DNA of 64,000 bases, taken from assembly GCA_963796275.1 (NCBI GenBank), contig CAWCKY010000006.1:832001-896000 (forward strand), written 5' to 3'. Shown here one piece after another: positions 55,080 to 64,000 of this stretch (position 1 is its first letter; every line of letters starts with the position of its first letter). Below the pieces are notes generated by a model that was not told the DNA's origin, made no database searches, and was given only the letters and a program-made list of their open reading frames with translations. Source of the DNA: an uncultured Acidobacteriota bacterium (GTDB lineage Bacteria; Acidobacteriota; Blastocatellia; RBC074). The position numbers were made by a program, and so were the translations under genes.

Positions 55080-55149
55080 AATTTTTGCCAGCTAACAGTG
55101 TCGTTCAATCGCAGGACTATGTTAAAGTCCGTTCGATACAACCTTCATT

Positions 55150-56184
55150 ATGCAACGACGAACATTCATCTCAAATACCAGCCTTGGTCTGGCGGGAATT
55201 GCCTTTTCCGGGCCGCCGATCCGCTACGCGAACGAGGCAGCGCAGCGATCACAGGTGATGACCGTGACCGGGCCGATCGACGCGCAGCGACTCGGCTTGA
55301 CGTTGATGCACGAACACGTGATGGTCGATTTCATCAGCGCAAGCAAGGTCAACCGAGATCGTTACAACAGCGATGAAGTGTTTAGAATCGCATTACCACA
55401 CCTAAAACGAATACGAGAGCTCGGCTGCCGGACGTTTGTCGATTGCACTCCGAACTGGCTGGGCCGGGATGCTGCCTTGCTACAACGTCTGAGCAAGGCG
55501 TCGGGATTGCAGATCGTAACCAATACCGGATATTACGGCGCGCGCAACCATCAATTCCTGCCCGCTCACGTCGAGCGAGAGACGCCCGAGCAGATCGCAG
55601 GGCGTTGGATTGCTGAATTCACACAGGGCATCGACGGCACAACGATCAAACCGGGATTCATCAAGATCGGGGTGGATGCCGGCCCGCTTTCCCAATTGAA
55701 CGCGAAGATCGTCAGCGCGGCAGCCATCACCCATCTGCAAACCGGATTGACCATAGGCGCGCACACGGGCGACGGAGCCGCTGCGATGCAGGAACTCGAC
55801 CTTATCGAAAAGCAAGGAGTCAGCCCGGGAGCGTTCATCTGGATTCATGCGCAGAGCGAAAAGAATTCGCAGATTTGCGTCGCAGCTGCGCGGCGCGGCT
55901 GCTGGGTTGAGTTCGACGGCGTCAACTCCGGCAGCATCGAGCGACACGTGACGTTGGTGAAAGCGATGCGTGAAGCCGGAAAGCTCGATCGCGTGTTGAT
56001 CTCACAGGATTCCGGATGGTACCACGTCGGTGAGGCCGGGGGAGGGAACTACCGCGGGTATGACGTGTTATTCACAGGGTTCGTGCCTGCCTTGCGGTCG
56101 GCAGGATTCAGTGCGATGCAGATCGATCAATTGCTCGTCAGCAATCCGCAGCAGGCTTTGGCGGTACGAGTGAGAAAAAGATGA
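55150..56184 (+). CDS. Phosphotriesterase-family amidohydrolase/lactonase, Tat-exported
   Basis: MQRRTFI twin-Arg signal. TVTGPI, HEH, GFIKIG (carbamylated Lys), AHTG, WIHA, ISQD. Confidence 0.9.
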   Translation: MQRRTFISNTSLGLAGIAFSGPPIRYANEAAQRSQVMTVTGPIDAQRLGLTLMHEHVMVDFISASKVNRDRYNSDEVFRIALPHLKRIRELGCRTFVDCTPNWLGRDAALLQRLSKASGLQIVTNTGYYGARNHQFLPAHVERETPEQIAGRWIAEFTQGIDGTTIKPGFIKIGVDAGPLSQLNAKIVSAAAITHLQTGLTIGAHTGDGAAAMQELDLIEKQGVSPGAFIWIHAQSEKNSQICVAAARRGCWVEFDGVNSGSIERHVTLVKAMREAGKLDRVLISQDSGWYHVGEAGGGNYRGYDVLFTGFVPALRSAGFSAMQIDQLLVSNPQQALAVRVRKR

Positions 56185-56237
56185 AGCGCTGGGAGTAACA
56201 GTTACTTGAGACGTGTGCATAATTCAGAGCTGGGAAT

Positions 56238-56345
56238 TCACCACAACAATCACAAAAGGACAGAGAAAAACACAAATAGATGTAAGGCGGGGAGGCAGGT
56301 GATGTCGCTTTCCGCCTACTTTCATTTGGTGATTTTTGCGGTGGA
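56238..56345. repeat. Imperfect inverted repeat (cacaaa-type REP-like hairpin)
   Basis: tcaccacaacaatcac pairs with gtgatttttgcggtgga; inner aggcgggga pairs with tttccgcct. Confidence 0.55.
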
Positions 56346-56394
56346 TCTCCCTCAGAAGAAATGTGATCTGCCCATTCCGTAGTGGAGGTGAGTT

Positions 56395-59300
56395 ATGAAA
56401 ACCCCTGTTCAGCTTCAGTATCGAACGCGCATCCCCGCCCTGATGTTTCTCAGCATTCTTTTGATAACAACCACATGGGCGCAAGTCCAAACCGGGCGCA
56501 TCGTCGGCACCGTCACGGACTCGCAGAAGGCCGTCTTGCCGAATGCCAGTGTCACCGTCACCGATTCGGCGACCAATCAATCGATCACGGTTAACACCAA
56601 TGACCGGGGCGATTATGTTGTTACTCCGCTCAATCCGGGATTCTATCGAGTCACTATTTCAAGCCCGGGATTTCAGCGGACGTCGATCAATTCCGTCGAA
56701 GTTCAAGTCGGGCAATCGGCGCGCGTTGACGTAGAATTGAAGGTGGGCGAGGTGGGGTCGATAGTCGAAGTGACCTCTACCGCGCCGCTGCTCGACACCG
56801 AATCCGGCACGCTCGGACACGTGGTAACCAATAGGCAGATCGTCAATCTGCCGCTCAATGGCCGCAGCTTTTATGAGCTGGCGCGGCTGACACCGGGCGC
56901 GGTGGCGCTGCCGGGCGGCGGCAATCTGCTGCGCATTCGCGCCAACTATATCTCCGGCACGGCTATCAGCGGCGTGCGCGGGCGGCAGACCACTTTCCTC
57001 ATGGATGGGGTTGATGTCACCGATCATCATCAGGGCGGATCGCTGATTCAAACCTCGATCGACGCGCTGCAGGAATTCAAGGTGCAGCAGAGCGCCTACT
57101 CGGCTGAATTCAGCCACGCCGGCGGCCTATTGAATGCGACGACGAAGTCCGGCGCCAATCGATTTCACGGCGGGCTCTTCGAATTTCTGCGCAACGACAA
57201 ATTGGATGCGCGTAACTTCTTCGCTCTCGAACGTGAAGTCCTCAAACGCAATCAGTTCGGCGGCACAATCGGCGGCCCTGTTACGATCCCGAAGCTCTAC
57301 AGCGGCCGCAACAGGACTTTCTTCTTCGGCAGTTACGAGGGGATGCGCGAACGGCAGGGGATGGTCTTTAATAGTATTGTTCCGACCGCGGCGATGAAGC
57401 GCGGCGACTTCGGGGCGCTGCTTCCGACGAGAAGTATCTATGATCCGGACACAGGCGCCGCATACACCGACAACATCATTCCGATGGGTCAGCTTTCGCA
57501 ACAGGCATTATACTACGCCCAATTCATCCCCGATCCGAACACGGCCTCGGGGACGTTCACGCATTCGCCGTCGCGCCAGTTGGATACGGATCAATTCACA
57601 GTTCGCCTCGACCAGAGTTTTACGGAAAAGCACCGCATCTTTATGCGCTACAGTTTTCACGACAATCGCCTCAATGATCCGAATCCATTCCCCGGGCTCG
57701 GATACGCGCCGCTCAGAACACGAGGGCATAACCTGGTGGCGAGCATGTCCAACATCATTAACCCGAACTTCATGCACGAGTTTCGCTTCAGCTATCTGCC
57801 GACGATCATCAATCTTGAGGCATTTGGGCAGGGAAGAGACTACAACAAAGAAGCAGGCGTTCTGGGGTTTGAAGAGACGGGGCGACCCGGCGTCACCGGA
57901 TCGTTTCCGGATTTCAATTGGAGCGGTTATACCGCAATGAACGGCTCGGCCTTTGACCAGCGGCCCAAGACGCAGGATTTTAAAGTCTATGAGTGGACGG
58001 ATAACCTGACCTGGATCAAAGGGCGGAACATATACAAGTTTGGAACGAAGATTCGCCGCTGGGTGCCTCTTTTCACCGACAGCAAGCAGTATCAGGGACA
58101 GTGGCTATTTAACGGTTCAATCACCGGTGGGCCAGTTACGGACCCGCTCTCCGGCCATCCATTCGCGGATTTTATGCTCGGGCATCCGTTCCAGGTCACG
58201 CGGGCCTTCCCGGCCGACACGTTCGGCGGGCAAGGCAGCTACTACCATCTCTATTTCCAGGATGACATCAAGGTGAATAGCCGACTCACGCTCAATCTGG
58301 GAATACGATATGAATACTCGCCGTGGCTCAAGGGCTATCGCAACCAGCTCGGCGCCTTCGATCCCACGGCGGCCAAACCGGTCATCATTGCGGGCGATGA
58401 CGATCAGATCGATCTGGACGCGCAGTTCGCCGGGTCGTCTGCTTATGCGCTGTTCCGGGATTTAATTCAAACCAGCAGCCAGGCAGAGCTGCCGTTGTCT
58501 ATCACCAGGCCCGATAAGAACCAGTGGGCGCCGCGCGTCGGCTTCGCCTGGCGTCCGGTTGGCGAGAAGACCGTTCTGCGCGGGGGCTATGGCATCTTTT
58601 ACGAAACGGAGAACACCGACGGGCGAGTCAATAACAACATGATTCCATTCAAGCTGGACGAGACGGGGTTCAACGACCGGACGCTTAAACGCTCGATGGC
58701 CGATTTCTTTGACGGAAATGCGTTGACCGCGTCGGCCGCGCCCAGCCTCGGGCCCACCTATACAAAGCTGCGCATGGGATATGACCAGCATTGGAATTTC
58801 GGCGTGCAGCACGAGCTTCACTCGAACATCGTGGCGGAGATCGATTACGTGGGGAACAAGGGATCGTTTCTGAATGGAACGAATGCGGCCAACAACCCTC
58901 CGGCAGGACCGGGGGCGATTCAAGCCCGCCGCCCTTACCCGCGTTTCGGTTCTATCAACTACTTCTCCCAGGATGTTTCTTCCAGCTATCACGCGCTGCA
59001 GGCGAAGCTTGAGAAACGCGTCTCCGCAGGGCTGTGGTATCTGGCATCGTATTCTTTCTCGAAGAGCATGATTCACCAGAACGCGCCGGCCAAGGGCGGC
59101 AATACGGCCTGGGAGAGATCGCTCGCTGAATTCGATGTGCCGCACAATCTGGCCTTCAGCTTGGGATACGAATTGCCGGTCGGGCGCGGCAAGCGCTGGC
59201 TGGCCGGCGCCAGGGGAGTGGCAGATGCGCTTCTGGGCGGGTGGCAGATGCAGGGCATTCTAGGTATTCGCAGCGGACGCCCGTTCACGCCGACGATCTC

Positions 59301-59673
59301 CGCCGACCGCGCCAATATCGGAATCGGCAACCAGCGCCCGAATCGTCTGGCTTCCGGCGAGCTCGATAACCCGACGGTGGAGCAATGGTTCGATGCCTCG
59401 GCATTCGTGACGCCGGCGCAATTCACCTACGGCAATTCGGGCGCGAACATTTTGCGCGAGGACCGATTCAAGGGCCTGGACTTTTCGGTCTTCAAGCAGT
59501 TTCGCGTAACGGAGGGCAGCCTATTGCAATTCCGCGCCGAGGTATTTAATCTGACCAACACACCAAGTTTTGGACCCCCGATGACAGCGATCGACACGGC
59601 TCAAGCGGGGCGCGTCACCAGCACGCTGAGCCAGCCGCGCCAGATTCAGTTTGCCTTGAAGTACAACTTTTAA
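56395..59673 (+). CDS. TonB-dependent receptor (Oar-like)
   Basis: GGAGG RBS, signal peptide, LPLNGRSF, DALQEFKVQ, FEFLRND, NQFGGTIGGP, C-terminus PRQIQFALKYNF. Confidence 0.94.
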   Translation: MKTPVQLQYRTRIPALMFLSILLITTTWAQVQTGRIVGTVTDSQKAVLPNASVTVTDSATNQSITVNTNDRGDYVVTPLNPGFYRVTISSPGFQRTSINSVEVQVGQSARVDVELKVGEVGSIVEVTSTAPLLDTESGTLGHVVTNRQIVNLPLNGRSFYELARLTPGAVALPGGGNLLRIRANYISGTAISGVRGRQTTFLMDGVDVTDHHQGGSLIQTSIDALQEFKVQQSAYSAEFSHAGGLLNATTKSGANRFHGGLFEFLRNDKLDARNFFALEREVLKRNQFGGTIGGPVTIPKLYSGRNRTFFFGSYEGMRERQGMVFNSIVPTAAMKRGDFGALLPTRSIYDPDTGAAYTDNIIPMGQLSQQALYYAQFIPDPNTASGTFTHSPSRQLDTDQFTVRLDQSFTEKHRIFMRYSFHDNRLNDPNPFPGLGYAPLRTRGHNLVASMSNIINPNFMHEFRFSYLPTIINLEAFGQGRDYNKEAGVLGFEETGRPGVTGSFPDFNWSGYTAMNGSAFDQRPKTQDFKVYEWTDNLTWIKGRNIYKFGTKIRRWVPLFTDSKQYQGQWLFNGSITGGPVTDPLSGHPFADFMLGHPFQVTRAFPADTFGGQGSYYHLYFQDDIKVNSRLTLNLGIRYEYSPWLKGYRNQLGAFDPTAAKPVIIAGDDDQIDLDAQFAGSSAYALFRDLIQTSSQAELPLSITRPDKNQWAPRVGFAWRPVGEKTVLRGGYGIFYETENTDGRVNNNMIPFKLDETGFNDRTLKRSMADFFDGNALTASAAPSLGPTYTKLRMGYDQHWNFGVQHELHSNIVAEIDYVGNKGSFLNGTNAANNPPAGPGAIQARRPYPRFGSINYFSQDVSSSYHALQAKLEKRVSAGLWYLASYSFSKSMIHQNAPAKGGNTAWERSLAEFDVPHNLAFSLGYELPVGRGKRWLAGARGVADALLGGWQMQGILGIRSGRPFTPTISADRANIGIGNQRPNRLASGELDNPTVEQWFDASAFVTPAQFTYGNSGANILREDRFKGLDFSVFKQFRVTEGSLLQFRAEVFNLTNTPSFGPPMTAIDTAQAGRVTSTLSQPRQIQFALKYNF

Positions 59674-59681
59674 GGGGAGAG

Positions 59682-61409
59682 ATGATGAGACCCATACCAT
59701 TCTGTCTGCTTCTGCTATTGATTCTTGCCCCGTTTGCTAGGGTTGCCCCGGTCGCCTCGGTTGCCCCGGCTGCCCCGTTGAATGCGCAGGAGGCTGTCAT
59801 TATCCGCGTGGATGGCAACGCGAAGATCGGGCCGTACAAGCCGATCTATGCCTACTTCGGCTACGACGAGCCGAATTACACCTACATGAAACATGGCCGG
59901 AAGCTGGTCGGCGAACTCGCGCAGTTGAGCGCGGTTCCGACCTACATCCGCGCGCATAGCCTGCTGGTGACGGGAGACGGAAAGCCGGCGCTCAAGTGGG
60001 GCTCGACCAACGCCTACACGATAGATGAGTCGGGCAAGCCGATTTATGACTGGAAGATCGTGGATCAAATATTCGACACGTACGTCAAAGCCGGCGCCAA
60101 GCCGTTCGTCGAGATCGGCTTTATGCCGGAGGCGCTCTCGTCGAAGCCGCAGCCATACAAGCATAACTGGAAACCCGGCGATCAATACGGCGACATCTAT
60201 CTCGGCTGGACGTATCCGCCCAAAGAATACGACAAGTGGGCGGAGCTGGTGCGGCAATGGGTGCTCCATTCGGTCGAACGCTATGGCAAGGAAGAAGTTT
60301 TGACGTGGTACTGGGAGCTGTGGAACGAGCCGGACATTCCGTACTGGCGCGGCACACCCGAGGAATTCAACAAGCTCTACGATTACACCGCGGATGCGGT
60401 GAAGCGGGCGCTGCCCGGCGCGAAGGTCGGAGGCCCGGCAACGACCGGACCGGGGAGCGAGAAGGCGGCGGCTTACCTGAAACAGTTTCTGGAGCATTGC
60501 GCGCGCGGGCAGAATGCCGTGACGGGCAAGACCGGTGCTCCGCTCGATTTCATCACCTATCATGCCAAAGGCCGGCCGACCGTCGTGGACGGCCACGTCA
60601 AGATGGGCATTGCGAAGAATCTGACTGACGTATCGCGGGGAATGGAGATCATCGCGTCGTTCCCGCAGTTCAAAAAGCTGCCGATCATCTTGAGCGAGTC
60701 CGATCCGGAGGGCTGCGCAGCCTGTTCGGCGCGCGTCTATCCGCAGAACACTTATCGCAACGGCACGCTCTATCCGACATACACGGCGGCCGCTCTCAGC
60801 AACATCTTCAAGCTGGCCGATAAGCATGGTGCCAATATCGAAGGCATGCTGACCTGGGCCTTCGAGTTTGAAGATCAGCCATGGTTCGACGGCTTCCGTT
60901 CATTGGCGACAAATGGCGTCGACAAGCCGGTTCTCAACATCTTCCGGATGGCGGGTCTCATGCGTGGCGACAGGTTGAAAGTCGAGAGCAACAGCGCAGT
61001 CGGTTTGGATACGATCCTGAAAGAAGGAGTGAAGACCAGGCCGGATGTCAACGCCCTGGCGACGAGGGCCGAGCGTGAGATGGCGATGATGATCTGGAAT
61101 TACCACGATGATGATCTGCCAGCGCCCGATTCTCCGGTGCGTCTGGCGGTGAGCGGCATCCCTTCAAATCTCAAGCGAGTGCTGGTACGCCACTATCGAA
61201 TCGATCAGGAGCACAGCAACGCCTACACTCTCTGGAAGAGGATGGGGTCGCCCCAGAATCCGACGCCTGAGCAGTATGCGCAGCTTGAAGCCGGAGGGCA
61301 GCTGTCGCTGCTCACTTCTCCCGAATGGGCGAACGTCACGGGCGGCCAGATCGAAATGAGCTTTTCGCTGCCGCGCCATGCCGTTTCTTTGATCCATGTG
61401 AGTTGGTGA
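59682..61409 (+). CDS. Glycoside hydrolase family 39 beta-xylosidase-like, secreted
   Basis: FGYDEPNYTY, LKWGSTNAY, EIGFMP, acid/base WNEPD, nucleophile region ILSESDPEGCAAC. Confidence 0.92.
   Translation: MMRPIPFCLLLLLILAPFARVAPVASVAPAAPLNAQEAVIIRVDGNAKIGPYKPIYAYFGYDEPNYTYMKHGRKLVGELAQLSAVPTYIRAHSLLVTGDGKPALKWGSTNAYTIDESGKPIYDWKIVDQIFDTYVKAGAKPFVEIGFMPEALSSKPQPYKHNWKPGDQYGDIYLGWTYPPKEYDKWAELVRQWVLHSVERYGKEEVLTWYWELWNEPDIPYWRGTPEEFNKLYDYTADAVKRALPGAKVGGPATTGPGSEKAAAYLKQFLEHCARGQNAVTGKTGAPLDFITYHAKGRPTVVDGHVKMGIAKNLTDVSRGMEIIASFPQFKKLPIILSESDPEGCAACSARVYPQNTYRNGTLYPTYTAAALSNIFKLADKHGANIEGMLTWAFEFEDQPWFDGFRSLATNGVDKPVLNIFRMAGLMRGDRLKVESNSAVGLDTILKEGVKTRPDVNALATRAEREMAMMIWNYHDDDLPAPDSPVRLAVSGIPSNLKRVLVRHYRIDQEHSNAYTLWKRMGSPQNPTPEQYAQLEAGGQLSLLTSPEWANVTGGQIEMSFSLPRHAVSLIHVSW
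59724..59777 (+). repeat. In-frame 9-bp tandem array (gttgccccg-type, Val-Ala-Pro) at the GH39 signal peptide end
   Basis: cttgccccg tttgctagg gttgccccg gtcgcctcg gttgccccg gctgccccg. Confidence 0.85.
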
Positions 61410-61523
61410 GTGATTTAAGTATCTTATATTTCGGTTGCGTTAGCACCGGAGCATTGCGTCTGTGCTCTGGTAAGTTAACGCGGCTGAATCCGACATCGGC
61501 AAGCCAGAGGGGAGGAAAAGTTA

Positions 61524-62858
61524 ATGTCGCAGGAGCGACTCCCGGAGACAATGACTTCTGACGAGAGCGCAAGCGCTTCCCGTAGTTGGGGTTCGTTACG
61601 CTGGCAGATCGCATTGCTCGTCAGTGCGGCAATCGCCATCAGTTACCTCGATCGGCAGACTCTGCCGGTGGCGATTGACGCGATTCAACGGGACATTCCG
61701 ATCAGCAACACGGAGTATTCGCAACTGAATGTGGCGTTCCTGCTGGCTTATGCCGTGATGTATGCGGGCGGAGGAAGACTGATTGACGCGCTGGGCACGC
61801 GGAGCGGATTCCTCTGGATCATGGTGTTCTGGTCTTTGGCTTGCGCCAGCCATGGTTTGGCGGTCGGATTCGGAATGCTGGCGGTGAGCCGTTTTTTACT
61901 GGGCATCGGCGAAGGCGGCGGTTTTCCGGCCGCGACAAAAGCTGTCTCCGAATGGTTCCCGGCGCGTGAGCGTTCGACTGCGATGGGGATCATCAACGCC
62001 GGGACAGCCGTGGGCGCTGTGATAGCGCCGCCAGTCATGGCCGCCGTTGTTCTAAATTTTGGATGGCGCTGGGTCTTTTTTCTGAGCGGAGCGATCGGAT
62101 TGATGTGGGCGCTCTGGTGGGCGCGCGAGTACTTCGTGCCGGCGCGGCATCCGAGGCTCACGGCGCAGGAACGAGTTGAAATCGCGGAGGTCTTCGTTGC
62201 TATGGATGGACCTTCGCAGCAGAAATCCGAGACGTCATGGATAAGCCTGTTCGCCTTTCCTCAAGTCTGGGGATTGATCCTGGGGAAGTTTTTGAGCGAT
62301 GCCGCCTGGTACTTTTATCTTTTCTGGCTGCCCAAATATCTCTACGACGCGCGCGGCTTCGACACGAAGCAGGTGGGATATTACGCCTGGATCCCTTATG
62401 CCGCGTCGGGGCTGGGGAGTCTGCTGGGCGGCTGGTTTTCGAGCAAGTTATTGCAGGGTGGAAACTCGCTCAACTACTCACGAAAAGTCGCGCTGGGTGC
62501 GAGCGCCGCAGTGATGCCCTTAATACTCTTCGTCACGCAAGTCCCGGTCGAGTGGACCATCGTGCTCTTCAGCATCGCATTTTTCGGGCAGCAATCTTGG
62601 TCGACGCTTGTCATGATTTTGCCGGCGGACATTTTCCCGCGCCGGGTAGTCGGATCGGTCGCGGGCCTTGTCGGTTTCGGCGGCGCGATGGGCGGCGTAG
62701 TTTTCAATTTGATTGCCGGCCGGATGCTGGATAGCGGTTTCGGCTACGGCCCGGTCTTCGCGATCGTGAGCACCTTTCACGTGCTCGCTTTCTTTCTCAT
62801 TTTGCTCACGATACGTGAGATAAAACCCATCGATGTGGGTGACGAACAGAATCGATGA
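61524..62858 (+). CDS. MFS transporter, ACS family (ExuT-like sugar-acid transporter)
   Basis: LRWQI, ISYLDRQTL, RFLLGIGEGGGFPAATKAVSEWFPARERSTA.G..NAG, WYFYLFWLPKYL. Confidence 0.92.
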   Translation: MSQERLPETMTSDESASASRSWGSLRWQIALLVSAAIAISYLDRQTLPVAIDAIQRDIPISNTEYSQLNVAFLLAYAVMYAGGGRLIDALGTRSGFLWIMVFWSLACASHGLAVGFGMLAVSRFLLGIGEGGGFPAATKAVSEWFPARERSTAMGIINAGTAVGAVIAPPVMAAVVLNFGWRWVFFLSGAIGLMWALWWAREYFVPARHPRLTAQERVEIAEVFVAMDGPSQQKSETSWISLFAFPQVWGLILGKFLSDAAWYFYLFWLPKYLYDARGFDTKQVGYYAWIPYAASGLGSLLGGWFSSKLLQGGNSLNYSRKVALGASAAVMPLILFVTQVPVEWTIVLFSIAFFGQQSWSTLVMILPADIFPRRVVGSVAGLVGFGGAMGGVVFNLIAGRMLDSGFGYGPVFAIVSTFHVLAFFLILLTIREIKPIDVGDEQNR

Positions 62859-62903
62859 AAATCAATCACGAGGAATTAATCTCCTTTTTATCATTTATCA
62901 CTT

Positions 62904-63899
62904 ATGAGACTGATCCAGCTAATTAACTCACAGGGCGAGCGGCGCGTTTGTCTGGTGGAAGGCGACCGGTTACGTGTGATCGGCCAGCATGCTTCGGTAT
63001 ACGTTCTTGCGCAGACCGCGCTGGCTGCTGAGGCCGCGTTATCAGCGACGGTTAACTATTTCCTCACTTCGGATGAGCTCGGCTACGACGAAATTTACGA
63101 AGGCCGATCTGAATGGAAGATTCTTCCACCGATCGACCATCCCGACGAACCATCTCGATGTATGATCAGCGGAACGGGACTGACGCATAAAGGCAGCGCC
63201 GATAATCGTCAGGCTATGCATGCCGCTGACGCCGCGCCGACCGATAGCATGCGCATGTTTCAATGGGGCCTGGAAGGCGGACGCCCCGCTGAAGGCCAGA
63301 TCGGCGTCTCGCCCGAATGGTTCTACAAAGGGCCGGGCACGATTCTGCGCGCTCACGGCGAATCGCTCGATGTCCCTGCCTATGCCGAGGACGGTGGAGA
63401 AGAAGGAGAGCTCGCCGGCGTCTACCTCATTGACGCGGCGGGGGTGCCTCGGCGTATGGGGATGACGGTCGGCAATGAGTTTTCAGACCATCGTTTTGAA
63501 AAGAAGAACTATTTGTATCTGGCTGCCTCGAAGCTGCGCACCTGCGCCATCGGGCCCGAGCTGACAGTTGATCCCGATTACAGTTCCATACCGGGCGAGG
63601 TGATTATCGAACGTGATGGAGCGGCGATCTGGTCGAAACCGATTCACACCGGTGATGCGGCGATGTCGCACACACTTGAGAACATGGAGCATCACCACTT
63701 CAAACACGACGTGCACCGGCGCCCCGGCGATATTCACATTCATTTCTTCGGCGCGGCAGCGCTCAGCTTCGGCGACGGCGTCGAGTTGAAAGACGGCGAT
63801 GTCATGCAGGTAAGCTTCACTGGCTTCGGTCGCCCGCTGCGTAATCCGGTTTCAATCACACGGGATGCGGAAAACGCTGTTAAAGTTTATCCACTATAA
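62904..63899 (+). CDS. AraD1/GguC-family FAH-fold protein (oxidative pentose pathway associated)
   Basis: MRLIQ, SGTGLTHKGSA, TDSMRMF..GLEGG.P, PEWFYKG, DGGEE.E, GNEFSDH, NYLYLA.SKLR, EHHHFK. Confidence 0.88.
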   Translation: MRLIQLINSQGERRVCLVEGDRLRVIGQHASVYVLAQTALAAEAALSATVNYFLTSDELGYDEIYEGRSEWKILPPIDHPDEPSRCMISGTGLTHKGSADNRQAMHAADAAPTDSMRMFQWGLEGGRPAEGQIGVSPEWFYKGPGTILRAHGESLDVPAYAEDGGEEGELAGVYLIDAAGVPRRMGMTVGNEFSDHRFEKKNYLYLAASKLRTCAIGPELTVDPDYSSIPGEVIIERDGAAIWSKPIHTGDAAMSHTLENMEHHHFKHDVHRRPGDIHIHFFGAAALSFGDGVELKDGDVMQVSFTGFGRPLRNPVSITRDAENAVKVYPL

Positions 63900-64000
63900 T
63901 ATCTGACAGCTCGAATCGAACATCGAACGTTTCACGATTGCCTAGGGCAACCCGAAGACAAACAACGAATATCCGGCGGCGACGGCGATGTGCTGTTTGC

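Overview
This 64-kb window is gene-dense bacterial DNA, most likely from an Acidobacteriota (Blastocatellia-like) genome. That assignment is inferred from duplicated-orphan ABC permeases, several Oar-type TonB-dependent receptors and IHGV-repeat relics. I see no rRNA, tRNA, CRISPR array, prophage or intact transposase. Recognisable modules, in order: a cationic M15 peptidase; a GH5 cellulase; tandem membrane-protein paralogs; a Zn-peptidase/ATP-grasp ligase/TauD trio; a putative D-amino-acid/peptide utilisation locus (DSD-like PLP enzyme, RpiR, Tat dipeptidase, TBDR, two serine hydrolases, SDR); a 1603-aa SF1 helicase-Vsr-like nuclease coupled to an unknown gene (Hhe-like defence candidate); a decayed insertion between diverged copies of a LURP-one gene start; a cobalamin riboswitch ahead of a truncated receptor and cobT-cobS; P450 plus ABM; two mosaic FG-GAP beta-propeller paralogs downstream of a bEBP, a NarL regulator and an ECF sigma; and a TBDR-GH39-MFS-AraD1 pentose locus. 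The window also holds many gene remnants (apparent real deletions), several single-base frameshifts (probably read errors) and short 7-9 bp repeat arrays. One CGGGGCA-core nonamer family occurs in frame inside two unrelated genes, in both orientations. All family calls come from motif recognition by eye; no database search was run.
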